This document shows, piece after piece, positions 1-9,428 of a stretch of DNA of 64,000 nt. The notes under the pieces are model-generated. The model saw nothing but the letters and a program-made list of their open reading frames with translations. It had not been told where the DNA came from and ran no database searches. Both the position numbers and the translations under genes were made by a program. Source of the stretch: Nitrospirota bacterium (lineage in GTDB: Bacteria > Nitrospirota > Thermodesulfovibrionia > Thermodesulfovibrionales > SM23-35); contig JBFMDO010000025.1 in NCBI GenBank assembly GCA_040753615.1, positions 18,891-82,890 on the forward strand, written 5' to 3'. Every line of letters starts with the position of its first letter. Position 1 is the first letter of the stretch.

Positions 1-1236
1 GGCGTGCCAAAATCAAACATGTACCAATCTTTGCATACAACTGTTATAGGGCCAAAGGGAGAAAGGGTAGAGTTTCAGATACGGACGCGGGAGATGCATA
101 TGATTGCAGAGCATGGCATAGCATCCCACTGGAGATATAAAGAAAAAGGGAAGATTGATGAAAGGAGCGACAAGTATATTTTATGGCTGAGGGATGTAGT
201 GCAGACTCAGAGGGAGCTTGCTGATGCAAAAGACTTTCTCGATGCTGTAAAAGGTGAAGTCGTTCCTGAGGTTATTTATGTTTTTACCCCAAAGGGAGAG
301 ATAAAAGAGCTGCCTATTGGTTCGACCCCCCTTGATTTTGCTTACAGCATACATACGCAGGTGGGCAACAAATGCGTTGGCGCAAAGGTTAATGACAGGA
401 TAGTGCCGCTCAGATATACGCTTAGAAGCGGGGATACTATTGAGATAATAACCTCTCCATCTCAGAAGCCCAGCAGAGACTGGTTGAAATTTGTTGTTAC
501 ACAGCGCGCAAAGAGCAGGATAAAACAGTGGATAAAGACTGAGGAGCGTAAACAGAGCATAGATCTCGGTTCCAGACTTTTTGAAGAAGAGATGAAAAGG
601 CATGAACTTGCAGCCTCTATAGTAAAATCAGAGGAGATGCAGAATGTCTTAAAACAGTTCAATATGCAGTCCCTCGACGACCTTTATGCCTTTATTGGAT
701 ATGGGAAATTATCAGCCCATCAGATTGTTAATAAAATAGCGCCTGAGAAACCACAGGAAGAGTCGCCTGTAGCAAAGGTTATACAGCTTGAGAAAGAGCC
801 AAAAGGAATTAGTATAAAAGGGATAGATAATATTTTATACCATATTGCCAAGTGCTGTTTTCCTATACCCGGCGATGCCCTTGTAGGTTTTGTAACGAGG
901 GGAAAGGGGGTTACAATACACAGGAAAGACTGTCAGAATCTTGACAGACTCGCCTTTGATAAGGCTCGGCTCGTTGATGTTGAATGGAAAACAGAGGGTG
1001 ATGCCACAACGCCTGTCAAAATAGTTATTGAAACCATAGACAAGCCAGGCATACTCGCAAGCCTGAGCGCCTTGATATCAGCGGTTAATGTAAACATAAG
1101 CCATATAGAGGCTAATTCAACAGAGGATAAAAAGGCATATTTTACTTGCATCCTTCAAGTAAAAGACAAAAACCAACTTCTAACCCTGACGCAGAAGATT
1201 GGACAAATGGAAGGGATTTTAAAGGTGAGCAGATAG
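1..1236 (+). CDS. rel: RelA/SpoT-family (p)ppGpp synthetase/hydrolase, C-terminal ~410 aa; 5' end lies outside the window
   Basis: ORF is open to the window edge. Synthetase-domain block [27 protein letters not shown]-like [28 protein letters not shown]-like C-terminus. Confidence 0.9.
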   Translation, partial: GVPKSNMYQSLHTTVIGPKGERVEFQIRTREMHMIAEHGIASHWRYKEKGKIDERSDKYILWLRDVVQTQRELADAKDFLDAVKGEVVPEVIYVFTPKGEIKELPIGSTPLDFAYSIHTQVGNKCVGAKVNDRIVPLRYTLRSGDTIEIITSPSQKPSRDWLKFVVTQRAKSRIKQWIKTEERKQSIDLGSRLFEEEMKRHELAASIVKSEEMQNVLKQFNMQSLDDLYAFIGYGKLSAHQIVNKIAPEKPQEESPVAKVIQLEKEPKGISIKGIDNILYHIAKCCFPIPGDALVGFVTRGKGVTIHRKDCQNLDRLAFDKARLVDVEWKTEGDATTPVKIVIETIDKPGILASLSALISAVNVNISHIEANSTEDKKAYFTCILQVKDKNQLLTLTQKIGQMEGILKVSR

Positions 1237-1321
1237 AAGGTTATGTAATCAATTACATAAATCCCTAAGGGTGATACACTATAATCTTGAAAAATTCCCA
1301 TATTTTTAGATACTTTTTAAA

Positions 1322-1337
1322 TGGCATGGTTATTGCT
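1322..1337 (+). promoter_or_regulatory. candidate sigma54 (-24/-12) promoter for the pilY1-like operon
   Basis: TGGCATG-N4-TTGCT matches the RpoN consensus TGGCACG-N4-TTGCW with one mismatch. It lies ~90 nt upstream of ATG 1427, which has AAGGAG 7 nt upstream. Confidence 0.5.
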
Positions 1338-1426
1338 TTTTAAAATACCGCAGAGTTGAGATTGCGAAAGAGAAATATTATACTTATTAAGGCGATAGAT
1401 AAAAATCTATCCAAAGGAGTAAAGCC

Positions 1427-4400
1427 ATGAAGAAGTTAATGCCATTTAGATTCCTGAGATATGCTTTAATAATAATTTGTTTTCTCAGTGTTTATTTAAT
1501 AGCCCAAAATGCCAGTTCAGCACCTCAAATGGCTGATTATTGCTATCTGCCGCCGTTTGTTACTGACCCGAATACACCCCCGAATGTATTAATAGTCTAT
1601 GAAAAAAGCGCTGATATCTTAAAGAGGGCATATAGCACTACTTATGATGATTCACCAACAACAACATATTATGGTTTTTTTGATGCAAACTCCTATTATG
1701 CCTATGATACAACCAATAATTATTTTGTTAGATCCACTACCTGCACACCCTCAGCAACAAGCCTTAACTGCTTTCCAGGTGAAGTCCTTAACTGGGCATT
1801 GATGAGCTCACTTGACTTATCGAGAAGGGCGCTCGTCGGATTTGGATGGCCTGATGTTGGAGCTGCTACAAGTGCAGGAGAAGTCTTTACATACACAGGA
1901 AATTACAATAATGGTTCAGAGCCTATAACCTATGGTCAATGGAGGTCAGGCAATAGTACAAGCGTGAGTTACGGCGCAGATTTTGATAATAATGGAACTG
2001 CAGATTACACATATGCCTTTTGTATATCTCAGGCAACAGGAAGTAATCCCACAGGATTAACCATAAGGGTAAAAAGCGGAACAGCAGCGCCCTCCTGTAC
2101 AGGCTCTTGCACAGGAACATGTACAGTTATTAAATCCGGCGGACAGGTTGCCATGAAATTCACAACTGAGCAACGCTATGGGCTTATACAGAAATACATA
2201 GACACGGATAAGGATTTAAAATATGATACTGATGCCCCTATGAGGCTTGCGATTAGAAGATGGCATAGTGGTAATGATAAACAAGAAGATATCATGAAAA
2301 ATACTGCATTAACCGATGCAGAGCGAAGTTCTTATTTTAAATCTATTCTTACAGCAATATCAAAGGCTCCGCCTGATGACCCCAGCACTGCATATCTCGG
2401 TGGGATGATGGCAGATATAGTTGATTATATTAGCGGTTCATCTTGCAGTTATTGTGATAATGACGCATGGACCCAGACACCATATAGCTGGAGCACTGAT
2501 CCTGCAAAGGAGTGCAGAAAGACCATTGCATTGTTCATAACCACAGGAACTTATTTAGGTGAGGACGCTGATAAACTCACACCGCTTCCTGCTGACTGCA
2601 GTGGATTGACTTATACAGATGCCTTTCCAACAAACACCTGTTATGCATATCATACAGATTTAAGCACAGAGGCTGGCACACAGAACATAATGACTTATGT
2701 TATCCATACATCCTTTTATGGTTCAGGCGCAGCAAATGCAGATAGGCTCAAATACGCTGCATCAGGAGATGTGGGTGGAGGAGAATATCTTTCTGTAGAT
2801 AATCCTGAAAAATTCGAGGCAGCTCTCGAAGAGGCATTCTTAAATATCCTATCGAGCGCCTCATCTGCGTCAACAGTTGCAACACTCACAACACAGACAA
2901 GGGAGTCGAGTACACTTACTCAGGCATACTTTTATCCGAGGGACCCTGACAACAAGATGCTTAAATGGATTGGATATCTGCGTCTTCTGTGGTCTGACAC
3001 AGGCGCAAACCTTAGAGAAGATACGAATAATACAGGCTGGCTCGATCTTATGCTCGATGATATTCTTTCGTTTTACTATGATGATATTAGCAATTCTTAC
3101 AAGGCAAAGACATATAGTGACAGCGATGGCGATTTAAAGATTGATAGTTGTAGCACTTACACTGATAAGACTAATGATCAGGTTTCTGCAATATGGAATG
3201 CACAAACCATGCTTCTTAATAGAACCCCTCTTGAGACAGATACCTCTACAAGGACAATAAAGATTGGTATTGATGCTAACAATAGTGGGATAGTAAAGGG
3301 TAGTGAGGCAAATGAGATGGTTGATTTTACAACCGCATTAGACTCTACCCTTCAGCCATTCTGGAATTATACGAGCTATTGTAGTAATAATATAAGTCGT
3401 TGGTGTTCTGTTACTGCAGACTGTAATTACTGCACTATAAATACAACTCGCACATGCCCGGGAGGCACTAATGACGAATGCTATTATTGCTCAGGAAGGA
3501 CCACAATCGTATGCTCAGGTCTGGGGACTGCAACAGACTGCTATTTTGATTATGGGACATGCGACCTCACAACCCAATATTGTACTAATAATCTATCTGC
3601 TGTATGTACTTTAGATACTGATTGCACTGCTTACGAAGTATGTGACACTACTACTACATTTACTTGCGTAAATAATCCTGCAATTTCCTGTACTGTTAAT
3701 GCTGATTGTGCTGGCACGTGCAAAGGTACATGTACAGGCAATACCAGCAGATCATGTTCAGTTGTTACTGACTGTATAGATGACTATGGCATATGCACTG
3801 CTGATACCTGTGTTACCGCAGGCTTCACCTGCGAGGCAGAATGTGATGCTAATTGTGCTGAATCAGTAATAAAGTTTGTGCGCGGTTTTGATAAGCCCAC
3901 CCCATCCGGAGGCTCATTCAGGATCAGGCATGAGTGTACTGCTGATGCAGACTGTCCAAGCGGCACATGCGATACCTCTACTGGTATATGTTCGGATGCA
4001 AGCTCTGATATAACAAAGACCCTGAAACTCGGGGATATTGTATATTCTACTCCGAGGATTTCTCCAAACAGCGGAGTAAATAGTTATGATCTGAGATACA
4101 GTGATAGCAGTTATAAAACCTTTATAGAGAGCACTGCCATAGCAGATGCAACCCCGATTGTTATTGTGGGAGCAAATGATGGAATGATACATGCGTTCAA
4201 GGTCAGCAAGATTAAGGATATTGATCCCCCTGGCACAGCCGATAGCGGCAAACAGGTAGCTATGTTTGCTGATAATCCTACTGCAGATACAACGCCTCCT
4301 ACTGACCTCGGAAAAGAGTTGTGGGCATATATACCATATAATAGTGTGCCTTTCCTCAGATGGTATTGCAAGGAAGGGTATTGTCATATCCCGATGGTAG

Positions 4401-5878
4401 ATGCGAGATTTACTATTGTTGATGCGTCTATTGGTACAGACTCAACAGATGATGCCACGGCAAGGGCATCTGACGGGTCAACTTGGAAAAGACTTCTTAT
4501 TGGCGCAATGGGTGTTGGCGGCAAAAGCATAACAGTTGGCTCTAAGACATGGAGCTCTTCTGTATTTGTGCTTGATATAACAAATCCATCAAGCCCCTCG
4601 CTTCTCTGGGAAAGACCATTGCCTGATAATACACTCACAACATCCAATCCTGCTATTGTAAGACTCGGGGCTGATGATAAAAACGGCACATGGTATGTGG
4701 TTTTCGGAAGCGGACCTGAGAGTGTTACAACAAACAAACTTAATTATAAGAGTAGTGGTGCAGCCATGATCTATGTCTTTAACTTGGAAACAGGTGCATT
4801 GGCTGGTGAGATTAATACAAACACTGCAAGTATAGGAGTTGTGCCTACAGGTGTGGCTATAGGTGATATGATGGCAGTGGATATGGATGACGATTATCAG
4901 GTTGATGATATATATTTCGGCACCTATACTGGTACAGACTCTACACTTTCAGGTGGATTTTACAGACTCAGGATTAATAATAATGGAACATATCAAACCA
5001 CCATTACAGACTGGGATATTACTCGCGTTATTAATACAGGAAGACCTGTCTTTGCCGGGGCAGACATAGCTGTTGATGCATATGAAAATATATGGATTTA
5101 TTTTGGAACAGGTCTATATCTGACACTCGAACATGCATCTGTAACCACAGACAATGAATATATTTATGGATTTATGGAGACAGAGGAATGCTGGAAAGGA
5201 AGCGGGACATGTAATGAGATTACAACCCTTCTTGATACAACAAGTGCTGCCTTTACAGGTGCAGATGCTACAGAATTGGGCTGTATGTGTGCGGGTAATA
5301 TTGTAGATAATATCACCTGCACATCCCCGGGCACCTGTCCTGGTAGCTGCGGCACTGATGAAGATACCATAGTAATAGCTGTAACAGGTGCAACTCTTTC
5401 AGGTAGTGGGACAACATGTGATACTAAACAGGATGAGGAGGCGATCAATTGTCTTGTGGATGAAGTCAGGAACAATTATCAAGGCTGGAAGGTGGCGCTT
5501 TCAGGGCACAAGATATTTGCCCGTCCTTTTGTAGCAGGCGGTCTTGTGGACTTTACATCCTTTGAGCCGACGAGTGATGTGTGCAGCCTCGGTGGTGATA
5601 CATATCTTATATCTCTTCACTATACAACAGGGACTGCGTATATACAGCCTACACTTTATCTGGAGGGTGGCACAACAGGAGCTTATTCGAGTGTGACTGT
5701 AAAGGCTTTAGCGAGTCTGGGAACAGGTGTGCCTCCTTTAGGAGAAAGCCTTGTTGCATTGCCTCTTTCAGGAGATACATATAAGGTTATTACACAGGTT
5801 AGCGGCGGTCTGCCAGGCACAACACTAAGCCCGAGTCTGCCTGCAACAACCGGGTATGTATTATGGATCTCGAAATGA
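1427..5878 (+). CDS. PilY1/PilC-like type IV pilus tip-associated protein, 1483 aa, with a large cysteine-rich insert
   Basis: N-terminal signal peptide. PilY1-type C-terminal blocks LGDIVYSTPRISP, IVIVGANDGMIHAF, ELWAYIPYN, DDIYFGTYTG. Followed directly by prepilin-type genes. Confidence 0.75.
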   Translation: MKKLMPFRFLRYALIIICFLSVYLIAQNASSAPQMADYCYLPPFVTDPNTPPNVLIVYEKSADILKRAYSTTYDDSPTTTYYGFFDANSYYAYDTTNNYFVRSTTCTPSATSLNCFPGEVLNWALMSSLDLSRRALVGFGWPDVGAATSAGEVFTYTGNYNNGSEPITYGQWRSGNSTSVSYGADFDNNGTADYTYAFCISQATGSNPTGLTIRVKSGTAAPSCTGSCTGTCTVIKSGGQVAMKFTTEQRYGLIQKYIDTDKDLKYDTDAPMRLAIRRWHSGNDKQEDIMKNTALTDAERSSYFKSILTAISKAPPDDPSTAYLGGMMADIVDYISGSSCSYCDNDAWTQTPYSWSTDPAKECRKTIALFITTGTYLGEDADKLTPLPADCSGLTYTDAFPTNTCYAYHTDLSTEAGTQNIMTYVIHTSFYGSGAANADRLKYAASGDVGGGEYLSVDNPEKFEAALEEAFLNILSSASSASTVATLTTQTRESSTLTQAYFYPRDPDNKMLKWIGYLRLLWSDTGANLREDTNNTGWLDLMLDDILSFYYDDISNSYKAKTYSDSDGDLKIDSCSTYTDKTNDQVSAIWNAQTMLLNRTPLETDTSTRTIKIGIDANNSGIVKGSEANEMVDFTTALDSTLQPFWNYTSYCSNNISRWCSVTADCNYCTINTTRTCPGGTNDECYYCSGRTTIVCSGLGTATDCYFDYGTCDLTTQYCTNNLSAVCTLDTDCTAYEVCDTTTTFTCVNNPAISCTVNADCAGTCKGTCTGNTSRSCSVVTDCIDDYGICTADTCVTAGFTCEAECDANCAESVIKFVRGFDKPTPSGGSFRIRHECTADADCPSGTCDTSTGICSDASSDITKTLKLGDIVYSTPRISPNSGVNSYDLRYSDSSYKTFIESTAIADATPIVIVGANDGMIHAFKVSKIKDIDPPGTADSGKQVAMFADNPTADTTPPTDLGKELWAYIPYNSVPFLRWYCKEGYCHIPMVDARFTIVDASIGTDSTDDATARASDGSTWKRLLIGAMGVGGKSITVGSKTWSSSVFVLDITNPSSPSLLWERPLPDNTLTTSNPAIVRLGADDKNGTWYVVFGSGPESVTTNKLNYKSSGAAMIYVFNLETGALAGEINTNTASIGVVPTGVAIGDMMAVDMDDDYQVDDIYFGTYTGTDSTLSGGFYRLRINNNGTYQTTITDWDITRVINTGRPVFAGADIAVDAYENIWIYFGTGLYLTLEHASVTTDNEYIYGFMETEECWKGSGTCNEITTLLDTTSAAFTGADATELGCMCAGNIVDNITCTSPGTCPGSCGTDEDTIVIAVTGATLSGSGTTCDTKQDEEAINCLVDEVRNNYQGWKVALSGHKIFARPFVAGGLVDFTSFEPTSDVCSLGGDTYLISLHYTTGTAYIQPTLYLEGGTTGAYSSVTVKALASLGTGVPPLGESLVALPLSGDTYKVITQVSGGLPGTTLSPSLPATTGYVLWISK

Positions 5879-6444
5879 GGGGACTAACACTTATAGAGGT
5901 AATAGTTGTCATTGCGATTGTCGGAATACTCATTGGCTTTGCAACTATACAGTTTGTATCACTGATGCAGGATGCAAAATTAACAGAGCAGAGAGACCTG
6001 CTTATCTCAGAGATAGAAGATGTTAAACTAAAGTCATTAACAGGGTTTCCTCACGGTATGACGCTGCCTTCTGCTGCGAGTTTTAATAAAGTAAGGTTGA
6101 GAGACGGAACTTGCAGTGTTACAGTTGCAACCACATGTGGCGCAAATACTGATTGTCCTGCTGGCGAAACTTGTGAGATAGGTTCTGCAAATTTTGTAAG
6201 GGATACTGGCGAATTATTCACTATCCTCTCAATAATATCCCTGTCATCGCCTGTAAAACTCAGTATGACTGACACCACTGAGCTCTGGTTTGACCGTAAA
6301 GGAATACCGAGAGGTAACGGATGGTTAATCGGGAATAGGACTTTTAGAATATGGTATGATTCAGACAATGATAATCTGCTTGATGCAGGTGAAAAAAACA
6401 AAGAGGTTGTTATAAGCTCTGCTGGGAGGATACAGTATGAATAA
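5863..6444 (+). CDS. minor pilin, FimT/FimU/GspH-like prepilin-type protein
   Basis: Prepilin N-terminus MRG|LTLIEVIVVIAIVGILIG (cleavage/methylation motif with Glu+5). Overlaps the upstream gene by 16 nt. Confidence 0.7.
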   Translation: MDLEMRGLTLIEVIVVIAIVGILIGFATIQFVSLMQDAKLTEQRDLLISEIEDVKLKSLTGFPHGMTLPSAASFNKVRLRDGTCSVTVATTCGANTDCPAGETCEIGSANFVRDTGELFTILSIISLSSPVKLSMTDTTELWFDRKGIPRGNGWLIGNRTFRIWYDSDNDNLLDAGEKNKEVVISSAGRIQYE

Positions 6445-7171
6445 TAAAAAAGGGTTTACACTCGTGGAGCTCCTCGTTGCTATGGCTGTCCTCCTTGTGG
6501 CAGCAGCAGGCTTTTTTTCATGGGCAACTAATATCTTACAGTATGACCTTTCTATGCGCAAAAACAATACTGCGTATACCATAGCACTGGATATTGCTGA
6601 CAGGCTACAGAGGATGCAGGACAATGCCCTCATACAGCCGAGGACAGGAGGAGTTACCAAGTGCGTTGGATTTAATGATGCACCTAATAGTGGCGGAGAC
6701 TTACAAACGTGTAGTGGTGCCGTACTATCAGGAAGTGCTCCTGCAAGCGATTCAACAGGTATGACAGTATATACAAATCCGTGGAATGGAACAACTAACA
6801 CATTATACCTTTATGACAAAAACTCCTGCGAAGGTCTGACATGGGTTGATAATCTTTGTAGAACCAATGTTAATATTGCCGCTGCTGCAAATACAAATAT
6901 AGACCATCCGAATGCAAATACAACTGCATACGATAGTATAAACCCTATAAGGACTTACAACACCACCACATACTATGCTGTATGGAGTGTTGTTTACATG
7001 CCCTGCACGTGTGATACAAAAAAACGGAAGATATTTGTTACAGTATACTGGATTGACCCTGAGCCAAATGATGCTACAGTTGCCGCTGTTCAGACAAAGA
7101 TAGATAATCACACTTATACTATAAAAAATGTCTCTCTGGTAGTTGATAAAGTGATAGGAACTGAATCATGA
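6437..7171 (+). CDS. minor pilin, PilV-like prepilin-type protein
   Basis: N-terminus MNNKKG|FTLVELLVAMAVLLV is a canonical GFTLxE motif. 8-nt overlap with the upstream gene. Confidence 0.75.
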   Translation: MNNKKGFTLVELLVAMAVLLVAAAGFFSWATNILQYDLSMRKNNTAYTIALDIADRLQRMQDNALIQPRTGGVTKCVGFNDAPNSGGDLQTCSGAVLSGSAPASDSTGMTVYTNPWNGTTNTLYLYDKNSCEGLTWVDNLCRTNVNIAAAANTNIDHPNANTTAYDSINPIRTYNTTTYYAVWSVVYMPCTCDTKKRKIFVTVYWIDPEPNDATVAAVQTKIDNHTYTIKNVSLVVDKVIGTES

Positions 7172-8166
7172 TGAGGAATATTATTTGGCAAAAAATGAGA
7201 GGGATTTTTATGAAAGTCATGGGCATGAGATTATGTAATAAAGGTGTTACACTTATTGAACTTTTAGTAGCGCTCGGGGTGTTCTCTGTGGTTATGGCTA
7301 TGGTTTATTCTGTATATAATACCCTTTTAAAACATACAATGGTTGAGAGAAAAGTGGCAAAGACAGAACTCGATGTGGTTAATGTTATCTGGCCCCTTAC
7401 AAAAGAGATTCAAACAGCAGGATTTGGCGTGTCTTCAAGCGTTGTTCCAATAACATGGGATGACACCACCGATGAACTCATCATTAACAGCACTGCTGCA
7501 GGAGACAGTAAGCATGCAGGCAAATGGAGCTACATCGGCGCGAGCTGTGCTGTAACCGGTCTGCCAGATACTGCACCCGATAATACTGTTGCTGTTATAA
7601 ACATTCTCGATAAATCACTCTTAGCCCAGTCTCCTACTGTAAGTGTAGTAACTGTTTCAGGGAGTAGTTTTATTACCCCTTGTGATTCAAGTTATGAAGA
7701 TAACATTGCATACTGGATTCCAGACACTACCACCCCATATTATCAGGCAAGGTATTCTCTCGAACCTTATGTTGCGCCGGGTGATCCAAAACCCACAATA
7801 TGCGCAATTAACACAAAATTATCGAGGAGCTCAAGAGCATCTACTTCAGCCACGCTTTATCGTCCTCTGATTGATTGTGTGCTTCATTTTGAGGTTAAAT
7901 TTGGCTGTATTGATTCATCAGGGGGTCTAACATGGAGGAATGATAGATTTTGTGGAACAGCTACACTAAGCCTAATAAAAATTGGCATAATTGTCCAGAA
8001 CAGCCCGAGAAGGGATATGATGGTTTCACCTACTATTACCTTATTTGAGGATTTATTAGATGCTTCGGGTAGTTCCCTGAAGAGGGATGTACCTTTAAGC
8101 GAGGAAGAGAGGCATTACAAATGGAGAGAAATAGAACAGACAATAACTTTAAGGAATCAGGAATAG
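7168..8166 (+). CDS. minor pilin, PilW-like prepilin-type protein
   Basis: NKG|VTLIELLVALGVFSVVMAMVYSVY N-terminal motif. ATGA overlap with the upstream stop. The real start may be an internal Met (MKVMGMRL...). Confidence 0.7.
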   Translation: MMRNIIWQKMRGIFMKVMGMRLCNKGVTLIELLVALGVFSVVMAMVYSVYNTLLKHTMVERKVAKTELDVVNVIWPLTKEIQTAGFGVSSSVVPITWDDTTDELIINSTAAGDSKHAGKWSYIGASCAVTGLPDTAPDNTVAVINILDKSLLAQSPTVSVVTVSGSSFITPCDSSYEDNIAYWIPDTTTPYYQARYSLEPYVAPGDPKPTICAINTKLSRSSRASTSATLYRPLIDCVLHFEVKFGCIDSSGGLTWRNDRFCGTATLSLIKIGIIVQNSPRRDMMVSPTITLFEDLLDASGSSLKRDVPLSEEERHYKWREIEQTITLRNQE

Positions 8167-8678
8167 CCTTAGTTACTGCATTGATAATCTCTGCGGTTAT
8201 CCTTATGTTGATAAGCAGTGTAACCTATATTTTTATCAAGGGTCTCGGAACAGGCGTCATAAACAGACAATTTGCCACTGTTTATGAGGCTGCCAATGGA
8301 GGCGTAGAATATGCCACTGGAATCATAAATGATTGTCTTGATGGAACTTGTTCAACTGCTAAGATAGGAGAGATCAGCCCTGATGCTGCGACTTTACTCG
8401 GCGTGATTGGTTGCAGTACTACAGCTACGGCAACAATTTTAGCGAGAACAGCAGATGGGGATTATTCTATTAGGATGGTTATACAATGTCTCGGAAACAA
8501 GCCTGTTCCTGGTTATGGCGGGGCATTGAGATTTCCTCCTCCGCCAGGTGCAAGCGGCGGTGGCATAGGCAGTGTTATAACATCATATGTCTTTTTTAAC
8601 ATAACTGCTGAGGCTAAGGAAACAGGCAGTCCATATAATATTGCGAGAACAAATGCAGTTTACAGGGTGGTAAAATGA
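8121..8678 (+). CDS. PilX-like minor pilin / pilus assembly protein
   Basis: N-terminal hydrophobic segment SGIALVTALIISAVILMLISSV without a classical GFTLxE motif, as in PilX-type proteins. Position after the PilW-like gene; 46-nt overlap. Confidence 0.55.
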   Translation: MERNRTDNNFKESGIALVTALIISAVILMLISSVTYIFIKGLGTGVINRQFATVYEAANGGVEYATGIINDCLDGTCSTAKIGEISPDAATLLGVIGCSTTATATILARTADGDYSIRMVIQCLGNKPVPGYGGALRFPPPPGASGGGIGSVITSYVFFNITAEAKETGSPYNIARTNAVYRVVK

Positions 8679-9424
8679 TTAAAAAGATATTTTTACTGCT
8701 CTTTATTGCATCATTGATATTATGCTGTAAAGGCAAGGATATGCCGAAAGAACCTTTAGCCCCCCAGCCTGAACCAGTGACATCAGAACCGCAGGAGATT
8801 AGCATTCCTGCCGAGACAGAACCTGTTGAGGAAGAAGAAGTTGCAGTGTCTGAAAAGACAGTGCCCAATCGTGCCCCATATGTAGTGTCTATTGATGTTG
8901 CTCCACTTTATCCTAAAACAGGGGATACTATTAAAGTGACAGTAGTGACCAATGACCTTGATAAAGACGAGGTTACGCTGGAATACCTCTGGTTTAAAAA
9001 TGATGAGCCCCTTTTTGAGACCTCAGATGCCCTGACCTTAAATAAAGAAGACTTTAAACGTGGGGACAAAATAACCCTTCAGGTGATTCCTGACGATGGT
9101 AAAGAAAAGGGCGGTCCTGGATTTATGACAGCAACAATAGGCAATTCGCCACCGGAGATAATCTCATCTCCTTCTACAGATGGCAAGATAGCAGATAGAA
9201 AATTTACATATCAGCTTAGGGCAATGGATCAAGAAGAAGATACCCTGACTTATACCCTTAAGACTGCTCCTTCAGGTATGACCATAGATTCAGAAACAGG
9301 CTTTATAGAATGGAATATCCCTCCGGGTTTCAAAGAAAAGGCACCTGTAACCATCGTTGTTAAGGATGATCAAGGCGGCGAGGCTTTTCAGACCTTTACA
9401 TTTGAGATTGCGGCCGGGACATAA
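8675..9424 (+). CDS. secreted, possibly lipoprotein, protein with two Ig/cadherin-like repeats; last gene of the pilin operon
   Basis: Signal peptide ending LILCC. Acidic Pro/Glu linker, then two ~90-aa beta-rich repeats (..TIKVTVVTNDLDKDEVTLEY.. and ..TLTYTLKTAPSGMTIDSETGFIEW..). ATGA overlap with the upstream gene. Confidence 0.6.
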   Translation: MIKKIFLLLFIASLILCCKGKDMPKEPLAPQPEPVTSEPQEISIPAETEPVEEEEVAVSEKTVPNRAPYVVSIDVAPLYPKTGDTIKVTVVTNDLDKDEVTLEYLWFKNDEPLFETSDALTLNKEDFKRGDKITLQVIPDDGKEKGGPGFMTATIGNSPPEIISSPSTDGKIADRKFTYQLRAMDQEEDTLTYTLKTAPSGMTIDSETGFIEWNIPPGFKEKAPVTIVVKDDQGGEAFQTFTFEIAAGT

Positions 9425-9428
9425 GTTT

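Noticed and set aside
1241-1260. 20-bp palindrome TTATGTAAT-CA-ATTACATAA right after the rel stop
   Set aside because: It could be an operator or a weak terminator stem. It is AT-only, has a 2-nt centre and no T-run, and nothing else supports a function. Noted only.
3784-4737. Minus-strand ORFs inside the pilY1-like gene (3914-4387, 4384-4737 and others)
   Set aside because: Antisense shadows of a long ORF whose identity is supported by PilY1 motifs and operon context.
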